Shown here: in pieces, positions 1 to 10,646 of the stretch
Layout of the letters: each line of letters starts with the position of its first letter
How positions within the stretch are numbered: the first letter of the stretch is position 1
Source of the DNA: Heterodontus francisci
Lineage: Eukaryota
Length of the DNA: 64,000 nt
Reading direction: 5' to 3'
Assembly: GCF_036365525.1 (NCBI RefSeq)
Contig: NC_090403.1
Location: forward strand, 45,261,095 to 45,325,094
The notes under the pieces: model-generated
Seen by the model: the letters and a program-made list of their open reading frames with translations, nothing else
What the model was told of the DNA's origin: nothing
Database searches by the model: none
Made by a program: the position numbers and the translations under genes

Positions 1-317
1 AGGCAACTTGGCACATCAGCTGTGACCTGGGAGCAGGATGTCCTCTTGGTTACAGTGCACATGCGACCTGTAGGAAGGAAACCAAAACTTGTTGAATAGG
101 GTGTATATTTGGCGGGAGATGGCTCGGAGAGCATCTGCAGCGCACTGTCGGCAATGCTGCATGCTTTTATTTAAACCACTGCAAAAAAAAACCCTGAGCA
201 AATGTAATCACCTCTAAGTCTGCCAAATGATGCTTCACCTCCCGAAGGACGTGGATGAGCTTTCCGGACGTCGATGGTGGGCACTGAGGAAATGGCTTAT
301 TACCTGCACCAGATTCC

Positions 318-535
318 ACACCCCTCCCCCCCCTTTTACCCCCCTTCCACCCCCCCCACCCCCGTCCCCTTCCCTGCTCCACCCTCTCAGCTCACCCCCT
401 CACAACCCCGTCCCAGCCCGCCCCCCCCTCGCACCATCTTCACCCCGCACCCCCTTCCCCTGCACCCCCCCCCCACCCCCTCCCTCTACCCCTCCCCCTT
501 GCATCCCCTCCTCCCACCGGCACCATCCTACACCT
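318..535. repeat. C-rich low-complexity tract (G-run tract on the minus strand) just upstream of the RTE 5' UTR
   Basis: Many runs of 4-10 C separated by 1-4 nt. The Pro-rich and Gly-rich ORFs here result from this composition. Confidence 0.9.
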
Positions 536-3500
536 GTGTAGGGGCCCCAACAACCCCACTGCCTTGTGGGCGTCTCGGGAGAGACCAAGGCTAAGGGAGT
601 AAACCCTAACAGAAAATCCGGAGCGGAACCCCGTAGGCGGTCATGTGTCACCTTTGGCATGTTTCCGGCAGTTCCTGCAGCCATACTGGTGCCAAACGTC
701 GTGTCCTGCACTCCTTTGGACCCCACCAGAAAGGCCGAGAGGGGGGTTTTGACGACTGGGCAATTCTCAACCTCCATAAATTTGCCCAGGCATGCGCCAT
801 GGAGAGGTCACTCCATAGTTTCCTCACAGCGACTAAAACAACACGGAAGGCAGCAGTTACGGGTTATAAGTCCAGATAAATTGGCGTAGAAACTGGGCGC
901 CACGGGTTGCCTTTGTCGGTGGGAGAGGTCATTGCACCTCACTGGACAGCTACCGCCCGCCTCAAACCGGGCAGCCCCCGGTCAATAAGGTTCTGTCCCG
1001 CCACAGTCTGCCTGCTTCAATGGGTGCTTGGAGCTCAGGGTCATTGCCCGAAAGGTGGACTGATACACCGCACCAAACAACATGAAAAAAGGAAAGAAGG
1101 TACCAGCCCTTCGCTTTGCAAGCTGGAACGTCAGAACTATGTGTCCTGGCCTGTCGGAAGACCTTACACAAATCAACGATTCTCGGAAGACCGCCATCAT
1201 TAACAACGAGCTCAGTAGATTCAATGTGGACATTGCAGCACTTCAGGAGACTCGCCTCCCCGCGAGTGGCTCTCTAGCAGAGCAAGACTACACCTTCTTC
1301 TGGCAGGGCAGGGATCCTGAAGAACCAAGACAGCATGGAGTGGGCTTCGCCATCAGAAACTCCTTGCTCAGCATGATAGAGCCTCCCTCAAATGGCTCGG
1401 AACGCATACTGTCCATCCGACTGCTCACCACCTCTGGTCCAGTACACCTACTCAGCATCTATGCTCCAACACTCTGCTCCGCACCTGAAGCTAAAGACCA
1501 GTTCTATGAACAACTCCATAACATCATTAGCAGCATCCCCAACACCGAACACCTATTCCTGCTGGGGGACTTTAATGCCAGGGTTGGGGCCGACCATGAC
1601 TCATGGCCCTCCTGCCTTGGGCGCTATGGCGTTGGAAGGATGAATGAGAACGGGCAGAGACTGCTTGAGTTGTGTACCTATCATAACCTCTGCATCACCA
1701 ACTCGTTCTTTCACACTAAACCCTGTCACCAGGTTTCATGGAGGCACCCAAGATCACGTCGTTGGCACCAGCTAGACCTCATTGTCACAAGGCGAGCCGC
1801 CTTAAACAGTGTTCAAATCACACGCAGCTTCCACAGTGCGGACTGCGACACCGACCACTCCCTGGTGTGCAGCAAGGTTAGACTCAGACCAAAGAAGTTG
1901 CATCATTCCAAGCAGAAGGGCCATCCGCGCATCAACACGAGCAGAATTTCTCACCCACAGCTGTTACAAAAATTTCTAAATTCACTTGTAACAGCCCTTC
2001 AAAACACTCCCACAGGGGATGCTGAGACCAAGTGGGCCCACATCAGAGACGCCATCTATGAGTCAGCTTTGACCACCTACGGCAAAAGTGCGAAGAGAAA
2101 TGCAGACTGGTTTCAATCTCATAATGAAGAGCTGGAACCTGTCATAGCCGCTAAGCGCATTGCACTTTTGAACTACAAGAAAGCCCCCAGCGATTTAACA
2201 TCCGCAGCACTTGAAGCAGCCAGAAGTACTGCACAAAGAACAGCTAGGCGTTGCGCAAACGACTACTGGCAACAACTATGCAGTCATATTCAGCTGGCCT
2301 CAGACACCGGAAACATCAGAGGAATGTATGATGGCATGAAGAGAGCTCTTGGGCCAACCATCAAGAAGATCACCCCCCTCAAATCTAAATCGGGGGACAT
2401 AATCACTGACCAACGCAAACAGATGGACCGCTGGGTTGAGCACTACCTAGAACTGTACTCCAGGGAGAATGCTGTCACTGAGACTGCCCTCAATGCAGCC
2501 CAGCCTCTACCAGTCATGGATGAGCTGGACATACAGCCAACCAAATCGGAACTCAGTGATGCCATTGATTCCCTAGCCAGCGGAAAAGCCCCTGGGAAGG
2601 ACAGCATTACCCCTGAAATAATCAAGAGTGCCAAGCCTGCTATACTCTCAGCACTACATGAACTGCTATGCCTGTGCTGGGACGAGGGAGCAGTACCCCA
2701 GGACATGCGCGATGCCAACATCATCACCCTCTATAAAAACAAAGGTGACCGCGGTGACTGCAACAACTACCGTGGAATCTCCCTGCTCAGCATAGTGGGG
2801 AAAGTCTTTGCTCGAGTCGCTCTGAACAGGCTCCAGAAGCTGGCCGAGCGCGTCTACCCTGAGGCACAGTGTGGCTTTCGTGCAGAGAGATCGACTATTG
2901 ACATGCTGTTCTCCCTTCGTCAGATACAGGAGAAATGCCGTGAACAACAGATGCCCCTCTACATTGCTTTCATTGATCTCACCAAAGCCTTTGACCTCGT
3001 CAGCAGACGTGGTCTCTTCAGACTACTAGAAAAGATCGGATGTCCACCAAAGCTACTAAGTATCATCACCTCATTCCATGACAATATGAAAGGCACAATT
3101 CAACATGGTGGCTCCTCATCAGAGCCCTTTCCTATCCTGAGTGGTGTGAAACAGGGCTGTGTTCTCGCACCCACACTTTTTGGGATTTTCTTCTCCCTGC
3201 TGCTTTCACATGCGTTCAAATCCTCTGAAGAAGGAATTTTCCTCCACACAAGATCAGGGGGCAGGTTGTTCAACCTTGCCCGTCTAAGAGCGAAGTCCAA
3301 AGTACGGAAAGTCCTCATCAGAGAACTCCTCTTTGCTGACGATGCTGCTTTAACATCTCACACTGAAGAATGCCTGCAGAGTCTCATCGACAGGTTTGCG
3401 TCTGCCTGCAATGAATTTGGCCTAACCATCAGCCTCAAGAAAACGAACATCATGGGGCAGGATGTCAGAAATGCTCCATCCATCAATATTGGCGACCACG

Positions 3501-4353
3501 CTCTGGAAGTGGTTCAAGAGTTCACCTACCTAGGCTCAACTATCACCAGTAACCTGTCTCTGGATGCAGAAATCAACAAGCGCATGGGTAAGGCTTCCAC
3601 TGCTATGTCCAGACTGGCCAAGAGAGTGTGGGAAAATGGCGCACTGACACGGAACACAAAAGTCCGAGTGTATCAGGCCTGTGTCCTCAGTACCTTGCTC
3701 TACGGCAGCGAGGCCTGGACAACGTATGCCAGCCAAGAGCGACGTCTCAATTCATTCCATCTTCGCTGCCTTCGGAGAATACTTGGCATCAGGTGGCAGG
3801 ACTATATCTCCAACACAGAAGTCCTTGAAGCGGCCAACACCCCCAGCTTATACACACTACTGAGTCAGCGGCGCTTGAGATGGCTTGGCCATGTGAGCCG
3901 CATGGAAGATGGCAGGATCCCCAAAGACACATTGTACAGCGAGCTCGCCACTGGTATCAGACCCACCGGCCGTCCATGTCTCCGTTATAAAGACGTCTGC
4001 AAACGCGACATGAAATCGTGTGACATTGATCACAAGTCGTGGGAGTCAGTTGCCAGCATTCGCCAGAGCTGGCGGGCAGCCATAAAGACAGGGCTAAATT
4101 GTGGCGAGTCGAAGAGACTTAGTAGTTGGCAGGAAAAAAGACAGAGGCGCAAGGGGAGAGCCAACTGTGCAACAGCCCCAACAAACAAATTTCTCTGCAG
4201 CACCTGTGGAAGAGCCTGTCACTCCAGAATTGGCCTTTATAGCCACTCCAGGCGCTGCTTCACAAACCACTGACCACCTCCAGGCGCGTATCCATTGTCT
4301 CTCGAGATAAGGAGGCCCAAAAGAAAGAAAAGAAAAAGAAAAAGAAAGAAGAA
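535..4353 (+). mobile_element. RTE-clade non-LTR retrotransposon, apparently full length (true 5' end uncertain, may lie further left)
   Basis: Single APE+RT ORF, about 45-nt 3' UTR and an (A)nG-type tail at 4319-4353. No left TSD copy found inside the window. Confidence 0.92.
1082..4273 (+). CDS. Intact 1063-aa RTE ORF: AP endonuclease + reverse transcriptase + C-terminal CX2CX12HX3C motif
   Basis: APE motifs WNVRT, LQET, IYAPT, GDFNA, TDH. RT motifs KAPGKD, NYRGISLL, QCGFR, FIDLTKAFD, GVKQGCVLAP, LLFADD, FTYLGS. C-terminal CSTCGRACHSRIGLYSHSRRC. No stops or frameshifts. Confidence 0.96.
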   Translation: MKKGKKVPALRFASWNVRTMCPGLSEDLTQINDSRKTAIINNELSRFNVDIAALQETRLPASGSLAEQDYTFFWQGRDPEEPRQHGVGFAIRNSLLSMIEPPSNGSERILSIRLLTTSGPVHLLSIYAPTLCSAPEAKDQFYEQLHNIISSIPNTEHLFLLGDFNARVGADHDSWPSCLGRYGVGRMNENGQRLLELCTYHNLCITNSFFHTKPCHQVSWRHPRSRRWHQLDLIVTRRAALNSVQITRSFHSADCDTDHSLVCSKVRLRPKKLHHSKQKGHPRINTSRISHPQLLQKFLNSLVTALQNTPTGDAETKWAHIRDAIYESALTTYGKSAKRNADWFQSHNEELEPVIAAKRIALLNYKKAPSDLTSAALEAARSTAQRTARRCANDYWQQLCSHIQLASDTGNIRGMYDGMKRALGPTIKKITPLKSKSGDIITDQRKQMDRWVEHYLELYSRENAVTETALNAAQPLPVMDELDIQPTKSELSDAIDSLASGKAPGKDSITPEIIKSAKPAILSALHELLCLCWDEGAVPQDMRDANIITLYKNKGDRGDCNNYRGISLLSIVGKVFARVALNRLQKLAERVYPEAQCGFRAERSTIDMLFSLRQIQEKCREQQMPLYIAFIDLTKAFDLVSRRGLFRLLEKIGCPPKLLSIITSFHDNMKGTIQHGGSSSEPFPILSGVKQGCVLAPTLFGIFFSLLLSHAFKSSEEGIFLHTRSGGRLFNLARLRAKSKVRKVLIRELLFADDAALTSHTEECLQSLIDRFASACNEFGLTISLKKTNIMGQDVRNAPSINIGDHALEVVQEFTYLGSTITSNLSLDAEINKRMGKASTAMSRLAKRVWENGALTRNTKVRVYQACVLSTLLYGSEAWTTYASQERRLNSFHLRCLRRILGIRWQDYISNTEVLEAANTPSLYTLLSQRRLRWLGHVSRMEDGRIPKDTLYSELATGIRPTGRPCLRYKDVCKRDMKSCDIDHKSWESVASIRQSWRAAIKTGLNCGESKRLSSWQEKRQRRKGRANCATAPTNKFLCSTCGRACHSRIGLYSHSRRCFTNH

Positions 4354-4734
4354 TTTGGAGGGCATAATAAACTTGCAGGTAGGTGAAACTTGAACAGCAG
4401 ATTTTATGGTGCTTCAGATTTGATTTTGCCGTGCAGTCACAGAAGGCGGAATTCTAGTGGCTGAAGTTTCTGACCTGGATTTTCTGCGAGGTTGCACTGG
4501 GTTTTCTTCCCCCCAATGTAATGCATCCAAAATCAGCCAAACCGGTGCAAAAGGTCAAAGAATTTTCAGCAGAAATTGTGTTCAGCACAACTTGAGTTTC
4601 TGCAATCCTTTGCGCTAGTTTAAAAAATGGCATGCCCCGCCCACAAACTGGCCAATGCTCCCAGGGTTAATTAATCACCATTGGGAGTTTATGCTAATTG
4701 TGCTCATTTGCAGGCCTTTGAGGAGGCTTTAATA

Positions 4735-6310
4735 ATACGAGCATATGACCATACGAATTAGCAGCGTAAGTTGGCTATTCGGCCCCTCGAGCCTGCTCTG
4801 CCATTCAATAAGATCATGGCTGATCTGTTTCTGTCTTGAATTCCACACTTCCATTACCCCCAATAATCTTAGATTCTTGTTAGACAAGGGAATCAATCTA
4901 CCTCCGCCTTAAAAATATTCAATGACCCCTCCTCCACCACCTTCTGAGGCAGAGAATTCCGAAGTTGCTAACCCTCTGAGAGAAAAAGTTTTTCCTCATC
5001 TCTGTCCTAAACACGCAACCCCTAATTTTAAAACAGTGCCCCCTAGTTCTGGACTCACCCACAAGATGAAACATCCTTTCCACATCCACCTTGTCAAGAC
5101 TGTTCAGGATCTTATATACTTCAATCAAGTCTCCCCTCACTCTTCTGAACTCCAGTGAAAACAAGCCCGGTCTGTCCAACCTGTCCAACCCACTCATTCC
5201 AGGTATCAATCTAGTAAATCTCCTTTGAATTGCCTCCAAAGCATTTACATCCTTCCTTAAATAAGGAGACCAAAACTGCTCACAGTATTCGAGATGTGGT
5301 CTCACCAGTACCCTGTATAACTGAAGCATAACATCCTTACTTTTATTTTCATTTCCTCTCATAATAAAGGATAGCATTCCATTAGCCTTCTTTATGACTT
5401 GCTGTACCTGCATTCTAACTTTTTGTGACTCCTGCACTAGAACACCTAGATCCCTCTGCACCTCTGAATTCTGCAGTAATTTTCTGTTTAAGTAATACTC
5501 TGCTTTTTTTATTCTTCCTGCCAAAGTGAACAACTTCACATTTTCCCACATTATACTCCATTTGCCAGATTTTTGTCCACTCACTCAACCTATATCGATC
5601 AGCGACCTCCTTATGTCCTCTTCTTCCTACCTATCTTTGTGTCATCTGCAAATTTAGCTACCATGCCATCACTCCCCTCATCTAAGTCATTGATATAAAT
5701 TGTAAAAATTTGAGGCTCCAGCACAGACCCCTGCGGGGCTCCACTTGTCACATCCTGCCAATCAGAAAAGGACCCATTTATGCATACTCGCTGTTTTCTG
5801 CCAGCCAGCCAATCTTCTATCCATGCTAATATGTTACCCCCTACACGATGAGCTCTTACTTTGCACAATAACTTTTGATGTGGCACCTTGTCAAATGCCT
5901 TTTGGAAATCCAAGTACAGTACGTCAACGGGCTCCCCTTTATTCACAGCGCATGTTACTCCTTCAAAGAACTCCAATAAGTTGGTTAAACATGATATCCT
6001 TTTCACAAAACCATACTGACTATTCCCGATTACCTTGTTTTACCAAGTGCCCAGCTATAGCCTCCTTAATGATCGATTCTAACACCTTCCCCATGACAGA
6101 GATCAAGCTAACTGGCCTACAGTTACCTGTTTTCTGTCTCCCCACCTTTTTGAATCGAGGAGTTATATTTGCTACTTTCCAGCCTGATGAAACCTTTCCA
6201 GAATTTCAAAAAATTAACACCAACGCATCTACTACCTCATTAGCCACCTCTTTTAAGACCCTAGGCTGAAGCCCATCAGGACCCGAGGACTTGTCAGTCC
6301 GCAGCTCCAT
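4735..6310 (-). mobile_element. CR1-clade LINE, 5'-truncated and frameshifted
   Basis: ORF pieces [58 protein letters not shown]1 3' tail near 4740-4820. Confidence 0.92.
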
Positions 6311-7016
6311 CACATCAATTTACTTAGTACTGTTTCCCTGGTGCAAGTGCATTAATGGTCACAGTTTCAAAGTTTTTATGTGCAATTTTTAAAAATTTAC
6401 TAGGTAACTGACTACTGTACACCAATATAACTGGGAAATGGTTCTGTAATTTTTTAAAGTCATTTTCAATTATTTAAAATCACATAATTTACAGGTGGTG
6501 GACTAGACGCAGACTATGATTCTCTGGGAACAGACAGCATCATGGGCTATTACCTGCGTGGCATTCCTCAATGATAACAATGGTGAACGCTGCATGAAAC
6601 GTGCAGGTAATGGCCCATGGGGGATCAATGTACACTGCATAATACCACTTTGAAGTGGTGCTACACAGACAAATTTTTCCCTCTTGGGTTAAAAATGCTT
6701 ATTTTTTGTGATGAACCCATTTTCAGCTGTGTTTATCAAACTGTGCAGTTCATCTTTGAACATCTGTTCTGGTGATATCTGCCGCAGGGAATCAGGAGGG
6801 GAGCATTTCAGCTCCGCTATCATTAAGTGTACTGAGTCTGTTTTCTGACCGACGGAAAGACTTTTTTTTAACTCTGCCTTCCCCGGTTCTTTGCCAAACA
6901 GTCAAAGCTCAGTGAAGTCCACGCAAAAATAAAAGATGGATTTTTAATTAGTCTGGAAATCATGGCAAATATTAGACATACTCTTTGAAGACCTGTTGTC
7001 TGTCATTTCCAAGATC

Positions 7017-7710
7017 TGTCAGTTGTAGCTCAGTTGGTAGCACCCTTGCTTCTGAGTTAGAAAGTTGTGGGTTCAAGTCCCACTCCAGTGATTTGAATAA
7101 TGAAATTGAGGCTGCCACTCCAATGCAGTATTGAGGGAGTGCTACATTGTCAGAGGTGCTACTTTTTGGATGAGATATTAAATCATCTGTTCTCTCAGGT
7201 GGACATAACAGATCCTATGCCACTATTTCAAAGAACAGGGGAGTAATCCCCAGTGTCCTGGCTAATATTGATTGTGATTAGTTCTTTATGTTGTCTGATG
7301 CAACATAAATGAGATGCGTGGAGTTTAGTTTGCTGAAGATCTCAAACCGGTTTATTGCAGCTAAACTATAATATACAGTACAAAACAAACTATTTACAGA
7401 ACCTTACTCTGGGTGTCACAGTTGCAGAATGACTCTGGCTTCAAGTCACATGTCTACATCCTGGTATTCAGCTCATTAGCATACGAAGATCTTAATGGGA
7501 TATCACTCTTAAAGGCAATCATACAACATTGATCCCTCAATTAACATCATAAAAACAGATTATTTGGACATTATCACATTGCTGTGTACAAATTGATTGC
7601 CATATTTCCTACACTACAAAAGTGACTACACTACAAAAGTACTTCATTGGTTGTAAAGCATTTTGGTACATCCTGAGATTGTGATAGGCGCTATGTAAAT
7701 GCAAGTCTTT
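7017..7710 (+). mobile_element. tRNA-derived Deu-domain SINE (SacSINE1/AmnSINE-like) with L2-type tail, interrupted at 7273-7528
   Basis: A box (tagctcagttgg), B box (ggttcaagtcc), Deu-like core (gtgctacattgtcagaggtgc...ggatgagatattaaa), tail ggcgctatgtaaatgcaagtc. Confidence 0.82.
7273..7528 (-). mobile_element. 256-bp solo-LTR-like insertion
   Basis: Starts TG and ends CA. Perfect 5-bp TSD ttgat (7268-7272 and 7529-7533). Removing it restores the SINE. AATAAA on the minus strand near 7351-7356. Confidence 0.72.
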
Positions 7711-8288
7711 TACCTCCTATATATGTTGGCCTCACTGCATCTCTTCTTGGGTTCTACCAAAGTTCTCTTGCTTCAGGAACCGTTCATTTAGATTGGAAAA
7801 TTCTGTGTGTCACTCTGCTGTTTAAGAAAGGTAAGAGAGGGAAATCAAGGAATTATAGACCTAACATCCATTGTACTGAAACTTCTAGAGTCTTTAATTA
7901 AGGATAGGATGATTGAACACCTTTTAAAATTTTCAGCTGATCAGCGAGAGCCAGCATGAATTTGTAAAGGGCAGGTCATGACTGACGAATCTGAATTTTT
8001 TGAAGAAATGACTAAAGTAGTGGACAGTGGAATGTTTATTACAGATGTTACTTAAATGGACTTCCAGAAGGCATTTGACAAAGTCATTCATAGGAGACTG
8101 CTAGCTGAAGTTGAGCTCATGGAATTGAAATGAATATTATTAACCTAGTGAGAAAATTGCATGAGCAGGAGGAGACAGCCAGTGGGGATAATGGGCAGGT
8201 ACTCTAATTGGCAGAATGCAACTTGTGGTGTCCTGCAAAGATCTGTGTTGGAGCTTCAACTATTCCCATATTTATTAACAACTTAGAT

Positions 8289-9218
8289 TCTTTTCTTTTT
8301 CTTCTTTTGGGCCTCCTTATCTCGAGAGACAATGGATATGCGCCTGGAGGTGGTCAGTGGTTTGTGAAGCAGCACCTGGAGTGGCTATAAAGGCCAATTC
8401 TGGAGTGACAGGCTCTTCCACAGGTGCTGCAGAGAAATTTGTTTGTCGGGGATGTTGCACAGTTGGCTCTCCCCTTGCGCCTCGGTCTTTTTTCCTGCCA
8501 ACTACTAAGTCTCTTCGACTCGCCACAATTTAGCCCTGTCTTTATGGCTGCCCACCAGCTCTGGCGAATGCTGGCAACTGACTCCCACGACTTGTGATCA
8601 ATGTCACACGATTTCATGTTGCGTTTGCAGACGTCTTTATAGCGGAGACATGGACGGCCGGTGGGTCTGATACCAGTGGCGAGCTCGCTGTACAGTGTGT
8701 CTTTGGGGATCCTGCCATCTTCCATGCGGCTCACATGGCCAAGCCATCTCAAGCGCCGCTGACTCAGTAGTGTGTATAAGCTGGGGGTGTTGGCCGCTTC
8801 AAGGACTTCTGTGTTGGAGATATAGTCCTGCCACCTGATGCCAAGTATTCTCCGAAGGCAGCGAAGATGGAATGAATTGAGACGTCGCTCTTGGCTGGCA
8901 TACGTTGTCCAGGCCTCGCTGCCGTAGAGCAAGGTACTGAGGACACAGGCCTGATACACTCGGACTTTTGTGTTCCGTGTCAGTGCGCCATTTTCCCACA
9001 CTCTCTTGGCCAGTCTGGACATAGCAGTGGAAGCCTTACCCATGCGCTTGTTGATTTCTGCATCTAGAGACAGGTTACTGGTGATAGTTGAGCCTAGGTA
9101 GGTGAACTCTTGAGCCACTTCCAGAGCGTGGTCGCCAATATTGATGGATGGAGCATTACTGACGTCCTGTCCCATGATGTTCGTTTTCTTGAGGCTGATG
9201 GTTAGGCCAAATTCATTG
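8289..9218 (-). mobile_element. 5'-truncated copy of the same RTE family as 535-4353
   Basis: 273-aa ORF 8354-9175 is nearly identical to the C-terminus of ORF 1082-4273. Same 3' UTR and A/G tail. Candidate TSD ttagat at 8283-8288 and 9223-9228. Confidence 0.95.
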
Positions 9219-9396
9219 ATGATTAGATGATGGTATAGAAAGCTGCATATCCAAATCTGCCGATTAACACAAAGATAGTCGGAATTGTAAGCAAAGTAGA
9301 TGGTAGCATAACATTACAAAGATAATAATAGATTAAATGAATGGGAAAAACAGTGGCAAATGAATTTCAATGTAGGCAAATGAAAGGTCATCCACT

Positions 9397-10646
9397 TGTT
9401 ATGACCAATGTGGGAGCAATGCACCATCAATTCAGTCCCATCACTCCACAGGTCGCAGCATATTATTAAAGTTTTCCCACCCAACCGGAAAGCAGCCAAA
9501 TTAAACACTCTCATAACCCCCAGAATGAAACAGACCAAACCAGGTATCTTTAGACAGCAACAAATTAACTATTCATTAAAACTAAATCTTAAACACTATT
9601 GAGATAAACATATGTCTAAAGACCTTAGAACTTATTTTAACCTAACTCCCCCAGTCACACACACACACTCAAAAATCACAGTTATCCGGTTTTAAAAGTG
9701 GTTTTAAAAAAAATTAGCTGTTTCTTAAGAATAAATAAATAAGTAAGTTTTGTGGGTTACAATCCTGATGGGGTGAGATATTCTAATTTGAAAATAATCA
9801 AATGCTATTCGAAGTCTCCACACGGATTTGATGAAATAGTCTGTTCTTAATAGGCATTCAAAACACTTCGGCTGCAGCGGGCATCAAACAGTTCTTTCAA
9901 TGATGAGCACAGCAATAGATCAACTTGAATTTTAAAACTGACAGTCTCTCAGTCAAAACCTTACTTTGGTAATACAAACTGTCTCTTCAAAGAAAGGGCT
10001 ATTTTTTTCCTCCTTAGGCAATTAACTCAGCCTATAGCTCCTTTATTTATTTTATTTTTTATTTATTTAGAGATACAGCACTGAAACAGGCCCTTCGGCC
10101 CACCGAGTCTGTGCCAACCAACAACCACCCATTTATACTAATCCAACATTAATCCCATATTCTCTACCACATCCCCACCATTCTCCTACCACTTACCTAC
10201 ACTAGGGGCAATTTACAATGGCCAATTTACCTATCAACCTGCAAATCTTTTGGAGGTGGGAGGAAACCGGAGCACCCGGAGGAAACCCACGCAGACACAG
10301 GGAGAACTTGCAAACTCCGCACAGGCAGTACCCAGAACTGAACCCGGGTCGCTGGAGCTGTGAGGCTGCGGTGCTAGCCACTGTGCCGCCCTAATCCTTG
10401 TAGAATTTTTGTTGAGAAAAATAGACAGCTGTTCTCTTCAGTAGCAGCCTTCGCTGGAGAGTGTCTCAAAACTGGTTTCAGCTGGTTTTTACTCAGTTAA
10501 GTGGAAACATTATACCAAGTGACATCTCTCTCCTGCTTCGCCCAGGTTACAAAATGCAGCTGGCACCCAGTGCCTCAGAAATCCAAAAATTTCTCTCCCT
10601 GTACATTGTTTTAATCTGAGGAGAAAATAAATACAAGTCAGTGACA
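9397..10646. mobile_element. Solo-LTR-like insertion (about 0.9 kb excluding the nested SINE) inside CR1
   Basis: Termini tgttat...gtgaca (TG...CA, imperfect inverted repeat). Flanks ccact/caact. The CR1 sequence catccact-ttggacc is rejoined on removal. Confidence 0.6.
10040..10391 (-). mobile_element. V-SINE (HE1-like) with CR1-type 3' tail
   Basis: Minus strand shows a tRNA-like head, V-domain (gagtttgcaagttctccctgtgtctgcgtgggtttcctccgggtgctccggtttcctccca), tail gggccgaagggcctgtttcagtgctgta and (TAAA)n. Confidence 0.88.

Noticed and set aside
167-777. Pro-rich and Gly-rich ORFs (227-541, 274-594, 400-777)
   Set aside because: By-products of the C-run tract, open in several frames on both strands with no domain signal.
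6495-6606. Exon-like segment between ttacag and gtaat on the plus strand
   Set aside because: Stop codons in all three frames, and it probably lies inside a degenerate DNA element.
7017-7090. tRNA-like A/B boxes here and at other SINE heads
   Set aside because: These are SINE promoters continuous with SINE bodies, not tRNA genes.
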